From Pavona decussata (lineage: Eukaryota), in NCBI GenBank assembly GCA_977016875.1, contig CDRNST010000083.1, positions 930,001 to 994,000 of the forward strand: DNA of 64,000 nt, written 5' to 3'. Both the position numbers and the translations under genes were made by a program. Within the stretch, counting starts at the first letter, position 1, and the number at the start of each line of letters is the position of its first letter. The notes beneath the pieces are model-generated. The model ran no database searches. It saw nothing but the letters and a program-made list of their open reading frames with translations, and had not been told where the DNA came from. Below, piece by piece: positions 50,601 through 61,400 of the stretch.

Positions 50601-53600
50601 CTTAACTAGCGCTATCGTTTGACCTGCTATCATTTAGTTTGGATTCCCTCAAAATTTCCGAAGCATTAGTTTGATGCCATTCTTGTCATTTTCATCCTAC
50701 CTTCGTTCCACTGTCGGGGCCGTTCTCTCGGTAAGACTGCCATGTCGTTCCGTCAGTACTGTAGTTTAGCTTATATTGAGACACAAACATTTGCATCATG
50801 TAACCCTGGGTAGCTACACCAGAAACCGACCGCACTCGTCCAAGATCGATCTGAACCATACAGAGAAAAAAAAATATACTTTTCAGTTTTTCAAGTGCGA
50901 TCAGTTTTTTGATCAGGCATCTTCGTATCCAATCTCGTTCTTAGAGGCTGCGTTTCTTTTGGTCATCGTGGACATATGGCCTCCGCTGGCCTAAAACGCG
51001 CGCGGGCTCTGGGGAAGAGACTGAGACCCCGGACCATTCTAAGATGCGCAGAATGTACGCGCAGCAACGTCCTTGAGAATTCAAGCATTCAATCAAACCT
51101 TCAAAGCATATTTTACAAATGAGGAAGGTAGTATAGGGTATTTTACCTGCGCCGTGACCGAAATTCCAAGTGACGTTTCTAGTGTTTGTCAAAAGTTACA
51201 GACCGCCTCCGTCCCCAGCAGATATTCCTAACCGTAGATTTACCTGTAAGTACTGATTTTTATCATCTTTATCAGTACACCATCCTCCCCATACTGGTCT
51301 CCCTGCGCTGTCTTTGCTGAGTTTGTTGTTGAGCCGTCCATTATAGGCGTAATGTTGATTAAAGTGAGATGACGCCACCATCTGCTGGTTGGTGATCCTG
51401 CGGTCCTCTACACCCACTGGTGTGTTGCAATCTGTTAATTTATTATATCTCTCAGTTATTACGCGTGGTGTGATTGGTCAGTTTTGCGGGCCGTATTTCA
51501 TTATAACATAGCGTGCATGCTTCCTAATCTAATTCCTATTGGCGTCATCATGGTACTTTTCTCAACAAACGCACGGCCGTGCGTCCATCAGATGACGTGT
51601 GCAAGTTAGATGGGAAATTATAACATAGCGCGCGTGCATCCTAATCTAATTCCTATTGGCGTCATCATGGTGCATTTCTCAACGTACGCACGGCCGTACG
51701 TCCATCCGATGACGTGTGCAAGTCAGATGGGGAAGCACGCGCACGCTGTGTTATTAAAAAAACTTTTACAGAGAGACAACACCATAAAAAAAATCTATAT
51801 TTATAAAAGATTAAGGCTTAATGAAACGTTAAGATTAAACCGATACGAGAACCAGAGAATTTTGTAATTAATCAGGAACAAAACCTGTTTTCCAGGAATC
51901 ATTTACTTTATTTTCACTATGTTATAAAAGAATTGGTTCATGCTTTGAGCTGTGCGTATATCGAGTTGAATGCACTTGGGAAGTTTGGAGAGCACTCAAG
52001 AAGCTAGAGATGCTCGAGGCGTACTCTTACGCTTCTCTCGTGCTTTCCAAACTTCCAGTGTGCATCCATAACTCGATATGTACGCACGCTAAGCATGAAC
52101 CAATTCTTAAGCATGCCCGCGCCGCTACGTTATAAAATTACGTTTTAGAGAGAGACGGCACCATAAAGAAATGTATATTTATAAGAAATTGTCAAAGTTT
52201 AATGAAAGGTTAAGATTAAACCGATATCAGACACCACTTTCACCTTCGTGTTTTGTACAGCACATTTAGAGAATTTTGTAATAAACATGTTTTCCAGGGA
52301 TCATTTACTTTATTTCCACTATGTTATAAAAGAATTGGTTCATGCTTTTAGCTGTGCATATATCGAGTTATGGATGCACTAGGGAAGTTTGGAGAGCACG
52401 AGAGAAGCGTAAGAGTTCCTCGAGGCGTACGCTTCTCTCCTGCTGTCCAAACTTCCCGCGTGCAACCATAATTCGATATACGCACGCTAAGCATGAACCA
52501 ATTCTTAACTGTACGGTTCGCTAAACCTTTTTTTAGTTTCTTTTCCCGTGCGCCCGATAAACCTCAGAGATATAATAAATACCTCTTACTAACCACGTTT
52601 TCTCGGGCCGTACTGTAAGTTCATATCCTCGTGTTTTTCCGTTGATTTATGGCCTTAAGTTACTCCGAGTAGGAGAGCGACCTTGGCAATCAATGTGTAT
52701 TCCTGTCACATGAATGTCCCGCGTTTTCGTTCAAGCTATAATTTTCTCCAACTAACAGCCATTTCAGTGTTGCGTGTGCGGTAAAGAATAGCGACTATCT
52801 TTCGACATGCTAGGTAAACAGCTGGAAATTTTTCCGGCTACTGGCAAAACATACGACAAATAAACTAAAATGTGTGACCTCAACTGGCTGAAGAGAGGTG
52901 TCAAGGCTTGCAGTGCTTGGTTGGAGGTCCGTGACTTCCGATAGAATCCGGCCGCTTTGTTCGCAATTCGGATTGACTTCTTGATAGCTTCCACGTTATT
53001 TTAGTCATAAATAAACCCATCTTAATCACCCACTATTTCAGCCGTATATAAATCGGTTGTGGTTACATTTAAGACTTACGCCTAGTGAAATTAAATGTCG
53101 GGGAAGATAGTCGCTATGCACGTGACATTGAAACGGCTGTAAAATCGTCAGTGAAATGAAAGCGATTAAAACGACACTGCTAATGCTACCAAGGTTTGAA
53201 TTGTCACTCCACCTGTAGCACTGATACAGTAGGTAATACTTCACAGTTTGAAACCTTCTTTTCTATAAAACAAACTATTCCACTTCGAGCACCTTGAGCA
53301 ATTTCTCAACCAGCGGACAATGACACCTTTTCCTTTCTGAAGCCTCTCTTTGTTTAGTGCTTTTGGAATTATTTCTACTGTGAAAAATTTCCTTTATTAT
53401 CACCTTGTTTACTTTGTTTCTATCAGACTGATGATGGTGCAGAATGTGTTCTGACATGTTACTTGTACACTGAATCTTGGTCGCGTTCAACATCGTTCCC
53501 AGGGACCTCTCTTTAGGAACGAGGTTGGTCGCGTTTGAAGTTACTTGCCACCAAGTTAACAAGCAATAAGCAGCTTTTGGACCTAACCTTGGGTATTCCC

Positions 53601-56600
53601 CTGGTACGATACTCTAGTGACATTATAGAGCCTTTATTCGCTGGTACATACCTTCAGATGGTTGACAGCCATACAGCTCAACCCTACCGCACGGGGAAAC
53701 ATCTTTGTCCATTGTTATGGGATGAATACGAAAAACCCGCGCAGTCAGTGGCGTTGTCAGATTCTTTTTGGCTGTCCGAGCGGGGTTCCTATTTCCTGTA
53801 AACATCTGGAGACAACAAGTAATATTTACTATACTACTGCCTTACTTAAAGGGGCAATGTGATTTATTTGTAGTGTCCCTTTGAATGGTCAAAAACAACA
53901 AAACTATATCAATGGAAACTTTAAAATAATGGGTCAGTTTTGTTAACATTAACTCTACTGGAGTCATTCATCTTCACCTGCGGATGGCTAGGATGGAAAT
54001 GGATTGCAACTTGAAAAAAGTGGACAATTATTGCAAGTTCCTCTTGTGTATTTTGGAGAAATCGCTAAAAACTGATCATAGTTTGTTGTTGCTCGGAGAA
54101 ATTCGTATTTTCCTCCCGGTGCTCAGAGAGCAGTTTCATTTTAGAGAGGAGGTTCTTATTTAAATATCTAAGAATTATTTTGACTAAAGTACAGTAAAAT
54201 CTCCGTAACAGTACCCTTTTACAGACGGATGAAAATTCCAAGGGTTGTATATCACCCGAGTGATTGCGAATTCGTACCGAAACAGCATGCATGCGTTTGT
54301 TTTGAGTACCCAAGCCTTGTTATCCGGGCGAATTTTATGACAATAAGGACAATGACAATCTGGTAAACCCCCACACAAATTAATACATAACATCTAAAAC
54401 CATACAAATAAGAAATATTTCAGTAACAGATCAGATATGCAAAACGTACCTTTAGTTTTCCGTTAACTGTGTAATTGAACCATCTACTGCCGTCATAACT
54501 AAAGGACAAGCTGTATTTTTCGATGCTGATGGTTCGAGCTCCTTGTGTTGCCACTTTAGTGATGGTGTGAGGAGTAAGGAGGTCTATCTGGAGATATGGG
54601 TTCCGATCATTATCGGCCGCACACCAGCCACGCCTGAAATAACAAAGTAGAATCTTCCGTTATTTACACAGGGACCAATTACCAGGGCCATCCAACTGGA
54701 ACATTTTTCAAGATCGTTTAAAGGGGCTTTTTAGTTTTATCTTTTCAGATTCTTTAGCTAAATTTTTAATTCGCAGGAGGTCTTTGCAACAGAGCCCAAA
54801 CCCCTGAATAAACGAGCTGTAGGTGGCTTTCCGAAAATCCTAGCTGACCTTACTTTACTCTTTTTAGATGGCATTACACTTAAGAAAACGCTAGTTTTTC
54901 ATCGAATCACTCAGGACACTTGGTCCTTCCTAACAGATGTCCATCGAAATGAGTACCATGTCCGTAACCCTGCCTGCTAACAGAGCTTTCTATTTGTTGT
55001 TTTTGTTTTCTCCTTCAGTTTTTTTGTCGTTTCTGTTTTCTTTCTCTTGGGACGACGAGAAACTTCTGTTGTCAGGATGCGGAAATGTGGCCGCGTATAA
55101 ATAACGCAAATTATATCTTTTATTATCGTTGAAGTTTACAGTTTATGTCGCAACAGAGCTGATTTTGTTCTCAGAACGTCTACTTGAACCAAAATGTTTG
55201 CGACATAGAGTGTTTGTCAATTGAATGTCGAAAGTAATTCCGCGTTTGCTTTGGTTTTGCATTACTACGCTCTGTGATTGGTTAAAAAAACTCGCGCCAA
55301 ATTTCTCAACCAATGGGCCGGGAATCCAAACCAAAACCAATCGTATTTTCGTCGCTCGCGTTTTACCGCGCTTTTCATACCATGAACAAAATTACCCCAA
55401 TATGTGGCAGCACGTGTTCTAATTTTTTTTTCTAATTCCGTTATTCTAACAGATCTCAAAAATTAAACCTGTCATATATTATTCCACCAAAGGGAAATGG
55501 AAGCCGGCTACTGGCTCGGGTGTTAGAACAAAAATATAGGGCAGTAATAATAGAACGAATATTTTTGTTCATTTTAATAAAACTATCCTATATTTTTTTG
55601 TAATGTACGTTTTATACTTTACTTGACAGGTTTTTCTTACGAGCATGGAGGCCTCACTCGGCTAAATATCGGTAAAATTGTATCTACTGATATTGAGCCG
55701 TCAAGTGTTGGAAGATTTTCGCGACTTTTACCAAGTCATGAGAATTAAAGGCATCAGTTAATAAAACGGTGACGCCAAGGTTTTGTAGAAGTCCATGTAT
55801 CTTCATATTCCATATTATTAAAAACTGAATCATTGTATAATGCAATTCGAGGGATTTGATTAGCTTAGCAGCCATGGTACACGAGCCATTATACCATGGC
55901 CGAGAAATGACGGCCATTAAATTGTCTGCTGGTTCTTCTCTCACAGCGAAATCAGTAAGATCTAGCAATATTTCTTGATTGTTTTTAATAAAACAATTAT
56001 TCCACTTGCGCTTGTTGGATATGAGATGATTTTAGCCAACGAGGCGCGTATATCCATCATCTGATACCCAACGCGCGCTCGTGGAATAATTGTTAATTAA
56101 AGTATGCTCCATATTCAATAACGCTGCCCCTACTTTCTGTGTTTAAGTTTAATATTTTTAGAATAAACCTTGATTACCTCTACAGCTTCACCAGGAGAGC
56201 CCGTGAGGGAATTTTAATATATTACATTTTATTTTGTCAATTCACGGTTTGGGTTTTGTGGTGTTTACTAAAGGATTAGAGAAAAATGCCAAAATTAATT
56301 TCATGCGGAATACGCTCGTGATTTGAGCGAAACAGCCTGTCTGTGGGGGTTGCCAGTAAATTTCGTCTGTTCAACCGATCGGCTCTACAGTTCAGCAAAA
56401 ACCCGGGATAAATTCGACAGTAAAAATCCTCTAAAAAGGCAAGAGCAAAATCCCACCGCTTCTATATTCATAAGTTGCGTACAAAATCATTTGAAACCGA
56501 AATCATCTAGAATTTTCTGGACTCCCCCCTCGACTTTTCAAACAGTTCCTGTCATCACGAAAATTTTAAATTCACACTTCGCTGCATTCAAACTTTTCAA

Positions 56601-57669
56601 ATTTGAGAACAAGGTCAGTAACGTCTTTTAGCAAAACAAAACACTTTTCATCTTGTCTTAATGACGGCCGTTTGTGAACGTAAACTGCAATAGGCGATCT
56701 TGGGGCACGCGTTTGTTCGCTTTTTTCCTGTTTTCGCTCCACAAAACAACACCAGATTGAATCTTACGAATAGATCCCCATAGCACACCTTCCCGCACCA
56801 TATAAATTGTATCCTCGAGGTTGTTCTGAGGGGATAAGTTTGTTAATCTCACCCGTCGTATAATCTTGCAAAAGACGGCCCAAAGTACGCCGATGTTTCG
56901 GAGGAAGCTGTGATTTGTTTCCCCTTGATGTAACCACTCTCCATCCCCAGAGCTCGAGTGCACCCTGCGAAAATAAAGACATTTTTTTCTTTCGATGAAA
57001 CAAAAATTAAACAACATCAAGTTTTGCCTGATTTACCAAACAGAAATAACTGTTTTTAAACTATGATCAGTGCCTTTTTACCTCGCAGTGAAGCAACCAG
57101 CTGATATGCGTGTTTCACTTCTCTCTGAACAATCCGTCAGAGAAGACTGATTACTAGTTGTCTTAATACAGATCAGCCAAAGACCTATACAAGGTAAATT
57201 AGCCGGCTAGATCGCAACATTTAACTTACGATATAATATTTCCTTTTATTTCGGAAAACGCTTTAAACGAATGATATTTCCAGTCGTTTTATTTACATGA
57301 GATTATCCGCGCAGTAAAGACATGAAAATTGAGAAACTAATCGAGCTCAGGACGTGATGTACCAACAAAGCAAATATGAAACGGAGAACGACAACCGACC
57401 AAGGAATAATCCTGAGATAAACTAGTAAAACATTTAACACCCTCCCTCTCAGATTTCACTTTCAAAACTGGAGACAGTAGAAATGGATTGAACTGAAGAT
57501 AAAAACTCCCAGTCCGCCTGCTTGATGAATTAATAGCATAACGATCTCAAAAGAATAGTGTAGTTTGAGTGTAAGCTAAGTAGAATTTTAACTTACCGTA
57601 ACATTGTGCGATACATATCAAAACAGAGAAAGCGAATCGGGTCATTGTAACACAAGAAAATGAACACAT
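38685..57669 (-). CDS. Adhesion G protein-coupled receptor: signal peptide, 2x F5/8 type C (discoidin), Ig, 2x FN3, GAIN/GPS, 7TM, long C-terminal tail; 21 exons
   Basis: GT-AG exons 57597-57669, 56853-56964, 54450-54633, 53652-53805, 51244-51431, 50701-50850, 49983-50133, 49073-49378, 48510-48803, 48017-48301, 47160-47209, 46175-46416, 45063-45558, 44203-44248, 43676-43770, 43123-43250, 42274-42542, 42013-(gap), 40979-41459, 39484-40105, 38685-38830, phase-compatible at every junction that can be checked; GPS CVWWDF...GWSTAGC...CECNHMTNFAALV; family-B TM motifs HYFLLVAFLWMLIEA and NSLQGFAIFIFYC. The last exon is the least certain. Confidence 0.92.
38978..39199. mobile_element. MITE (PIF/Harbinger-like)
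   Basis: AGGGCGCATTCTTTTGG ... CCAAAAAGAACGCACCCT. Confidence 0.6.
40698..40909. mobile_element. MITE with TAG target duplication
   Basis: CGCTTTCCATTC ... GAATGGAAAGCG, flanked by TAG on both sides. Confidence 0.65.
40979..43250 (-). CDS. aGPCR exons 16-19: 7TM domain
   Basis: ISYIGCALSILGL, KILLHLCASL, HYFLLVAFLWMLIEA, ILVGITWMFGFF, NSLQGF. Confidence 0.92.
42065..42195. other. Assembly gap (131 N) hiding the start of the aGPCR TM4 exon
   Basis: N run; coding sequence VVTIAVDKTSYGGKH emerges from it. Confidence 0.95.
43676..47209 (-). CDS. aGPCR exons 11-15: GAIN domain with GPS
   Basis: Helical subdomain A; ASITVP, SPVLSAS, NLTTPVIIKF; GPS HM/TNFAALV. Confidence 0.88.
44322..44610. repeat. 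Interspersed repeat, second copy at about 55205-55375
   Basis: Shared CGCGTTTGCTTTGGTTTTGC...CTCTGTGATTGGTT...TTTCTCAACCAATGG...ATCCAAACCAAAA. Confidence 0.7.
45613..45757. mobile_element. Tc1/mariner-type MITE, TA-flanked
   Basis: TA-CAGTCAAC...GCGGACACC / GGTGTCCGC...GTTGACTG-TA. Confidence 0.7.
47719..47964. mobile_element. MITE (PIF/Harbinger-like)
   Basis: GGGCCGGTTGTTCGAAAGCCGATTA / TAATCGGGCTTTGAACAACTGGGCCC. Confidence 0.7.
48017..49378 (-). CDS. aGPCR exons 8-10: Ig-like domain and two fibronectin type III domains
   Basis: VNLTCFVNG...IEWYK...SVLTL...SC; LYGVHPYTSYTVEVAS; APSGAP...VSW...GLKANQRFYIGVRAYTKVGPGPYS; all phase-1 exons. Confidence 0.9.
49709..49891. mobile_element. Tc1/mariner-type MITE with internal GCGGACAC repeats
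   Basis: TA-CAGTCGAACCTCC ... GGAGGCTCGACTG-TA. Confidence 0.75.
49983..56964 (-). CDS. aGPCR exons 2-7: two F5/8 type C (discoidin) domains
   Basis: CTRALGMESGYIKGKQITASS, GWCA..YLQIDL..VATQG, RVELYGC; second copy DCNTPVGVE..WC..YLQIDLG..VATQG..IFQGNWD..MRVEIYEC. Confidence 0.9.
51444..52650. repeat. Composite repeat with internal duplications and two palindromic MITEs
   Basis: About 115 bp duplication (51502-51622 and 51618-51733); palindromic AAGAATTGGTTCATGC...GCATGAACCAATTCTT at about 51927-52110 and 52329-52508; right part also occurs inverted at about 31295-31390. Confidence 0.75.
53846..54221. mobile_element. Third copy of the Kolobok-like MITE family
   Basis: TTAAAGGGGCAATGTGA start and shared internal blocks with 2593-2969. 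Confidence 0.7.
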
Positions 57670-58428
57670 GTGTCTGCTTTTCAGCTAAGTCCAGTCTAGC
57701 CACTTAAATCATATTGGAAATTCTTTGTATCAATGCAAAAGAGGAATTTAATTTTAATAATCTTTTACCGGAAAATACAAACATAGGGTGTGAAAATACT
57801 ACGTTTGATCATTGAAATGTTAATTCAGGTTTTGAATAGGACAACGGGTCAATCTTAGGATGAAGGTGAAAGATAAACACGCGAAATTAGATCAGAGTTT
57901 TTCATTTACGACAACAAAAGGTTCGTTCATGGCGTATGAACAAACTTATCTGTCAAAAAAGATAAGGCATTGAGAGAAATTTGAAGATTTATCGTGAACG
58001 ATCTCGGTGACATGACTCATCAAGTATCAAAAGTATGCCAAAGTATTGTAGTTTTGATGGTTTCATTCACTAATCTTGTCAAATAAACCTTTTCCGTTTG
58101 TACAGACATGGCGACTGCCCGCGAGCTCATCTCATCCGGTATTTTACGCGCACCCTGTTTTTTATGGCCTTGGAGTAATTAGCGAGAAATTCTTAAACCA
58201 ACTTGTCCTTTCTAACCAAAAGAACGAGACAACATTAAGAAGTAGAAGGGTAAAAATCTTCATGTTTTTGGTTTTGTATTCATTTTAGAATGCGGTACGT
58301 GATGCAAGCTGTGATGACATCATTGGTATGTTTGCTTTTCCATCCCTGAATGTTTTGAGACATAGGATGTCACAAGCATCGGCTCGTGATCGTGGGATGA
58401 CGGACCAAACAAGAATACTGCTCTCTTT

Positions 58429-58432
<4 letters not shown>

Positions 58433-58460
<28 letters not shown>
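58433..58460. repeat. (CT)n microsatellite
   Basis: Read directly. Confidence 0.9.
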
Positions 58461-61400
58461 TTAAATTAGAAATTTATTGATTGCAACTAAAATTTGCTCT
58501 AAAATATTCTTGCATCTGCTATCCTGACAATAAACAAAAGTGCAGTAAGCGACCTGAACAGTAGTCAGCAAAGCCAAGAAGCTGAGCGGAGCAGTCATAT
58601 ATAACTTCAATCTTTAGAGGACAAACAGAGTTCACGTTCCATTTTCAGTCGATAGATTTTTGGACATTTTAATTCTCGGGAGCTTCATTTTCTCGGTCGC
58701 TTTAAATTTTCGGAGGTCAACTCCGTCGGCTGTTTCAACCTACGAAATTTTTGAAGTTGTAGAATCCCTTGGTTTGACTGACATGTTGCGTTCTCCGTGA
58801 CGGTTTTTAAATGGCAAACGCAAATGGATGCACTTCACTCAGTAACAGGACTTCCGTAAACGTAATAGTTAGACAATATTGAAAACCGAAGAGTAAAGTA
58901 TTCAGGAAATTTAAGAGAGTGACTCATTATTAATTTTATGATTAAATTTATTTGCCTTTCTTCCCACAAGAGAATTCGTACGTAAACTGGCCCGCCTGCT
59001 ATGTCGCTCCGGCAGTAGGGCAGTCCACGTCAAACGTAATATGGCGATTCAATTAAAAAAAAAAAAAACGAGTTTTCGCGATCTAAGATTTTATTTTTTT
59101 TACATATCCACAATGATAAGCTGTTGTGTTTCCACATAATGGATTTCCGTTTTCTCCTTTGTGAAGAATTTAAAGCTCCCTGGGGGCCGCCGGTCCTGGG
59201 ACAAAGTTCTTAACGCGATTTGGAGGCGACTTACTGGATTACGGTTTTGCACTTTCTCGGTCGTTTAGCTCGAAAATCAACAATCAAAAAAGGAAAGGAT
59301 CTAGTATGTCAACTGCATCTAATTGGTGTCTTCCGTTATTTAAAGAAAAATCCTACATTGATGGCAATGGACGTAGATTAAAGTATTCAGTTACAGAATC
59401 AGAATATTCAACCTGCTACAGAGGCTCTGCCCAAACCACAACCAGCACAGGTATTATGAACTACAAAAATGTAACATCATTTCATTCTTAATGTTATTAT
59501 TGTATCAAAAAAAATAATAGTAATAATAATAACAACAACAACAACAACAACAACAACTATTTGGTAGTCTCTATACTTGAGTTTAGCAGAAAAACATTTC
59601 CGCATATGGAAAGTCATTAATATCTCCCACCCCTTGGGAAAAAAGAAAGACAGAAAGAACTGAAACTCAAAAACCCCTAACCCATCGCACTGGAGCATTA
59701 ACACAGGCATTTACATCAATCCTTGTGAGAATGATAAATAGCCATCAGGATTGAAATTTGCTACTTTTCCATTGCTCTGCAATGTTTTTTTTTTTTTTTC
59801 GTGTACAGACTTTTTGTCAAGATTTTCTCTAAAGCATAAATTTTTCAATTGGGCCACAGGCTCACAGACAATAGTGTTTTCCAACCACTTCTTACATTGT
59901 AACCAGCTATTAACCTCCAGATTTTCCCACAAATCCAGTGATCAATTAACCATTCCCTACCATTCCCTAGGATCGACCTTTTGGATGCAAGTTAACTGTA
60001 ATAATACCGATTGCAAGTAATTCCCTACAGCATTCACTATCCTTTACAGATATACTGGTATTATCCTTATACACTGGCTGAAAAGTTTGCAGGGTTGTAC
60101 AAGACAAAACACAAATCATACTGCATGAACAGAGCTGGTTTGACCAAGAAGTTTACAGTTTCCAAATGCTCACAAACAAAAGTGTTGTGGATGGTAACCA
60201 TTCCCCTCCTCCATTCTCACCCATTTTGATTGTCTGGTTTTCCTGCAATTTTGCATGGAAGGGTTTTTTTTATAAATTAGGGCCAACACATAAAGCATAT
60301 GAGTGTGGAATGGAGCCATAAGGATGCTCAGAAATATTCCAGGAAAATTGTAAACCCAATATGACTAAGCTGAAATATAATACGGCACCAAACTGTAAAA
60401 TTTTGTAAACAGTACTGTTAAAAGGAATTATTTGGCCATGGTGCTTATCCAGAAATTAATGTTTAATCAATACAGTCTTGTTTTTATCACTGTGTCATGT
60501 GAAAACGCAACACTTTGGATGTCATTGTGTTAGAGGTTTAGCAAGTTTAAAGTATGCAAATTTTATGAAACAGAAAATAAAAACATAGTGCTATTGATCT
60601 GTGAAATAGTTTTTGATACACATCCTAATAAATAAGCATTGTACAGGTGCTACTCACAATATGGGACTGAATCAGCTTTGTAAGTGCATATTTTGACAGA
60701 TGACACCATGCAATTATCATTTTAAGCCTTTCTAGATCCTGTACCTCAATTATGACAAAATGGATGCCAAAATGCTTGTAGTGCTTATTAACAGCTAGCT
60801 AACCTAATATTTGAAACAAAACCACCTTCATAATTAAGATCCCTTGCTGCAGAGAAACTGGTGATTCCTACTCTTCAGAAAGCAGACATAAATCAGAGGT
60901 AAAATATGGAAAGCTGGATTCATTAGCAAGAGCTATATGCATTATATTTATTTATCTATTTGTGTGCTTTTTGTTTTAGTTTAAATACAGACAGATTCCC
61001 ATGAGTTTATAGAGAGCAGCATTTGTTGGTACTTTAATTCTTTTATTTATGATAAAATATTTTATGTCAACTATACAAATATTTTATCCATCAACTAGGG
61101 AATTGTAAGTCAAAATATTTAGCGAAGTTGCGGTGCAGTGGACTTAAAACCCACTCCCAAATATCCTTTTTCAAAACATCTAAGTATCTGATCTATCAGA
61201 TGTTTCATTCAGAGGTTGAATAGTTTATAGAGCCATACATAGTGAATAATCAACAGTGGAAGGGACGTTACCCTCAGTGCATTTCTGTCATTTGTCTTTC
61301 CAAATGAAGACCCACTTGGAGAACAACAAAACAGACAAAAAGGCTTCACTTTGCTGACAGTTAAAATAGTTATGGCGGCTGAATAAACATTATAGATAAA

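Noticed and set aside
55640-55730. Candidate extra phase-2 aGPCR exon ending at GTAAG
   Set aside because: Weak acceptor, in-frame stop just upstream, and the discoidin domain is complete without it
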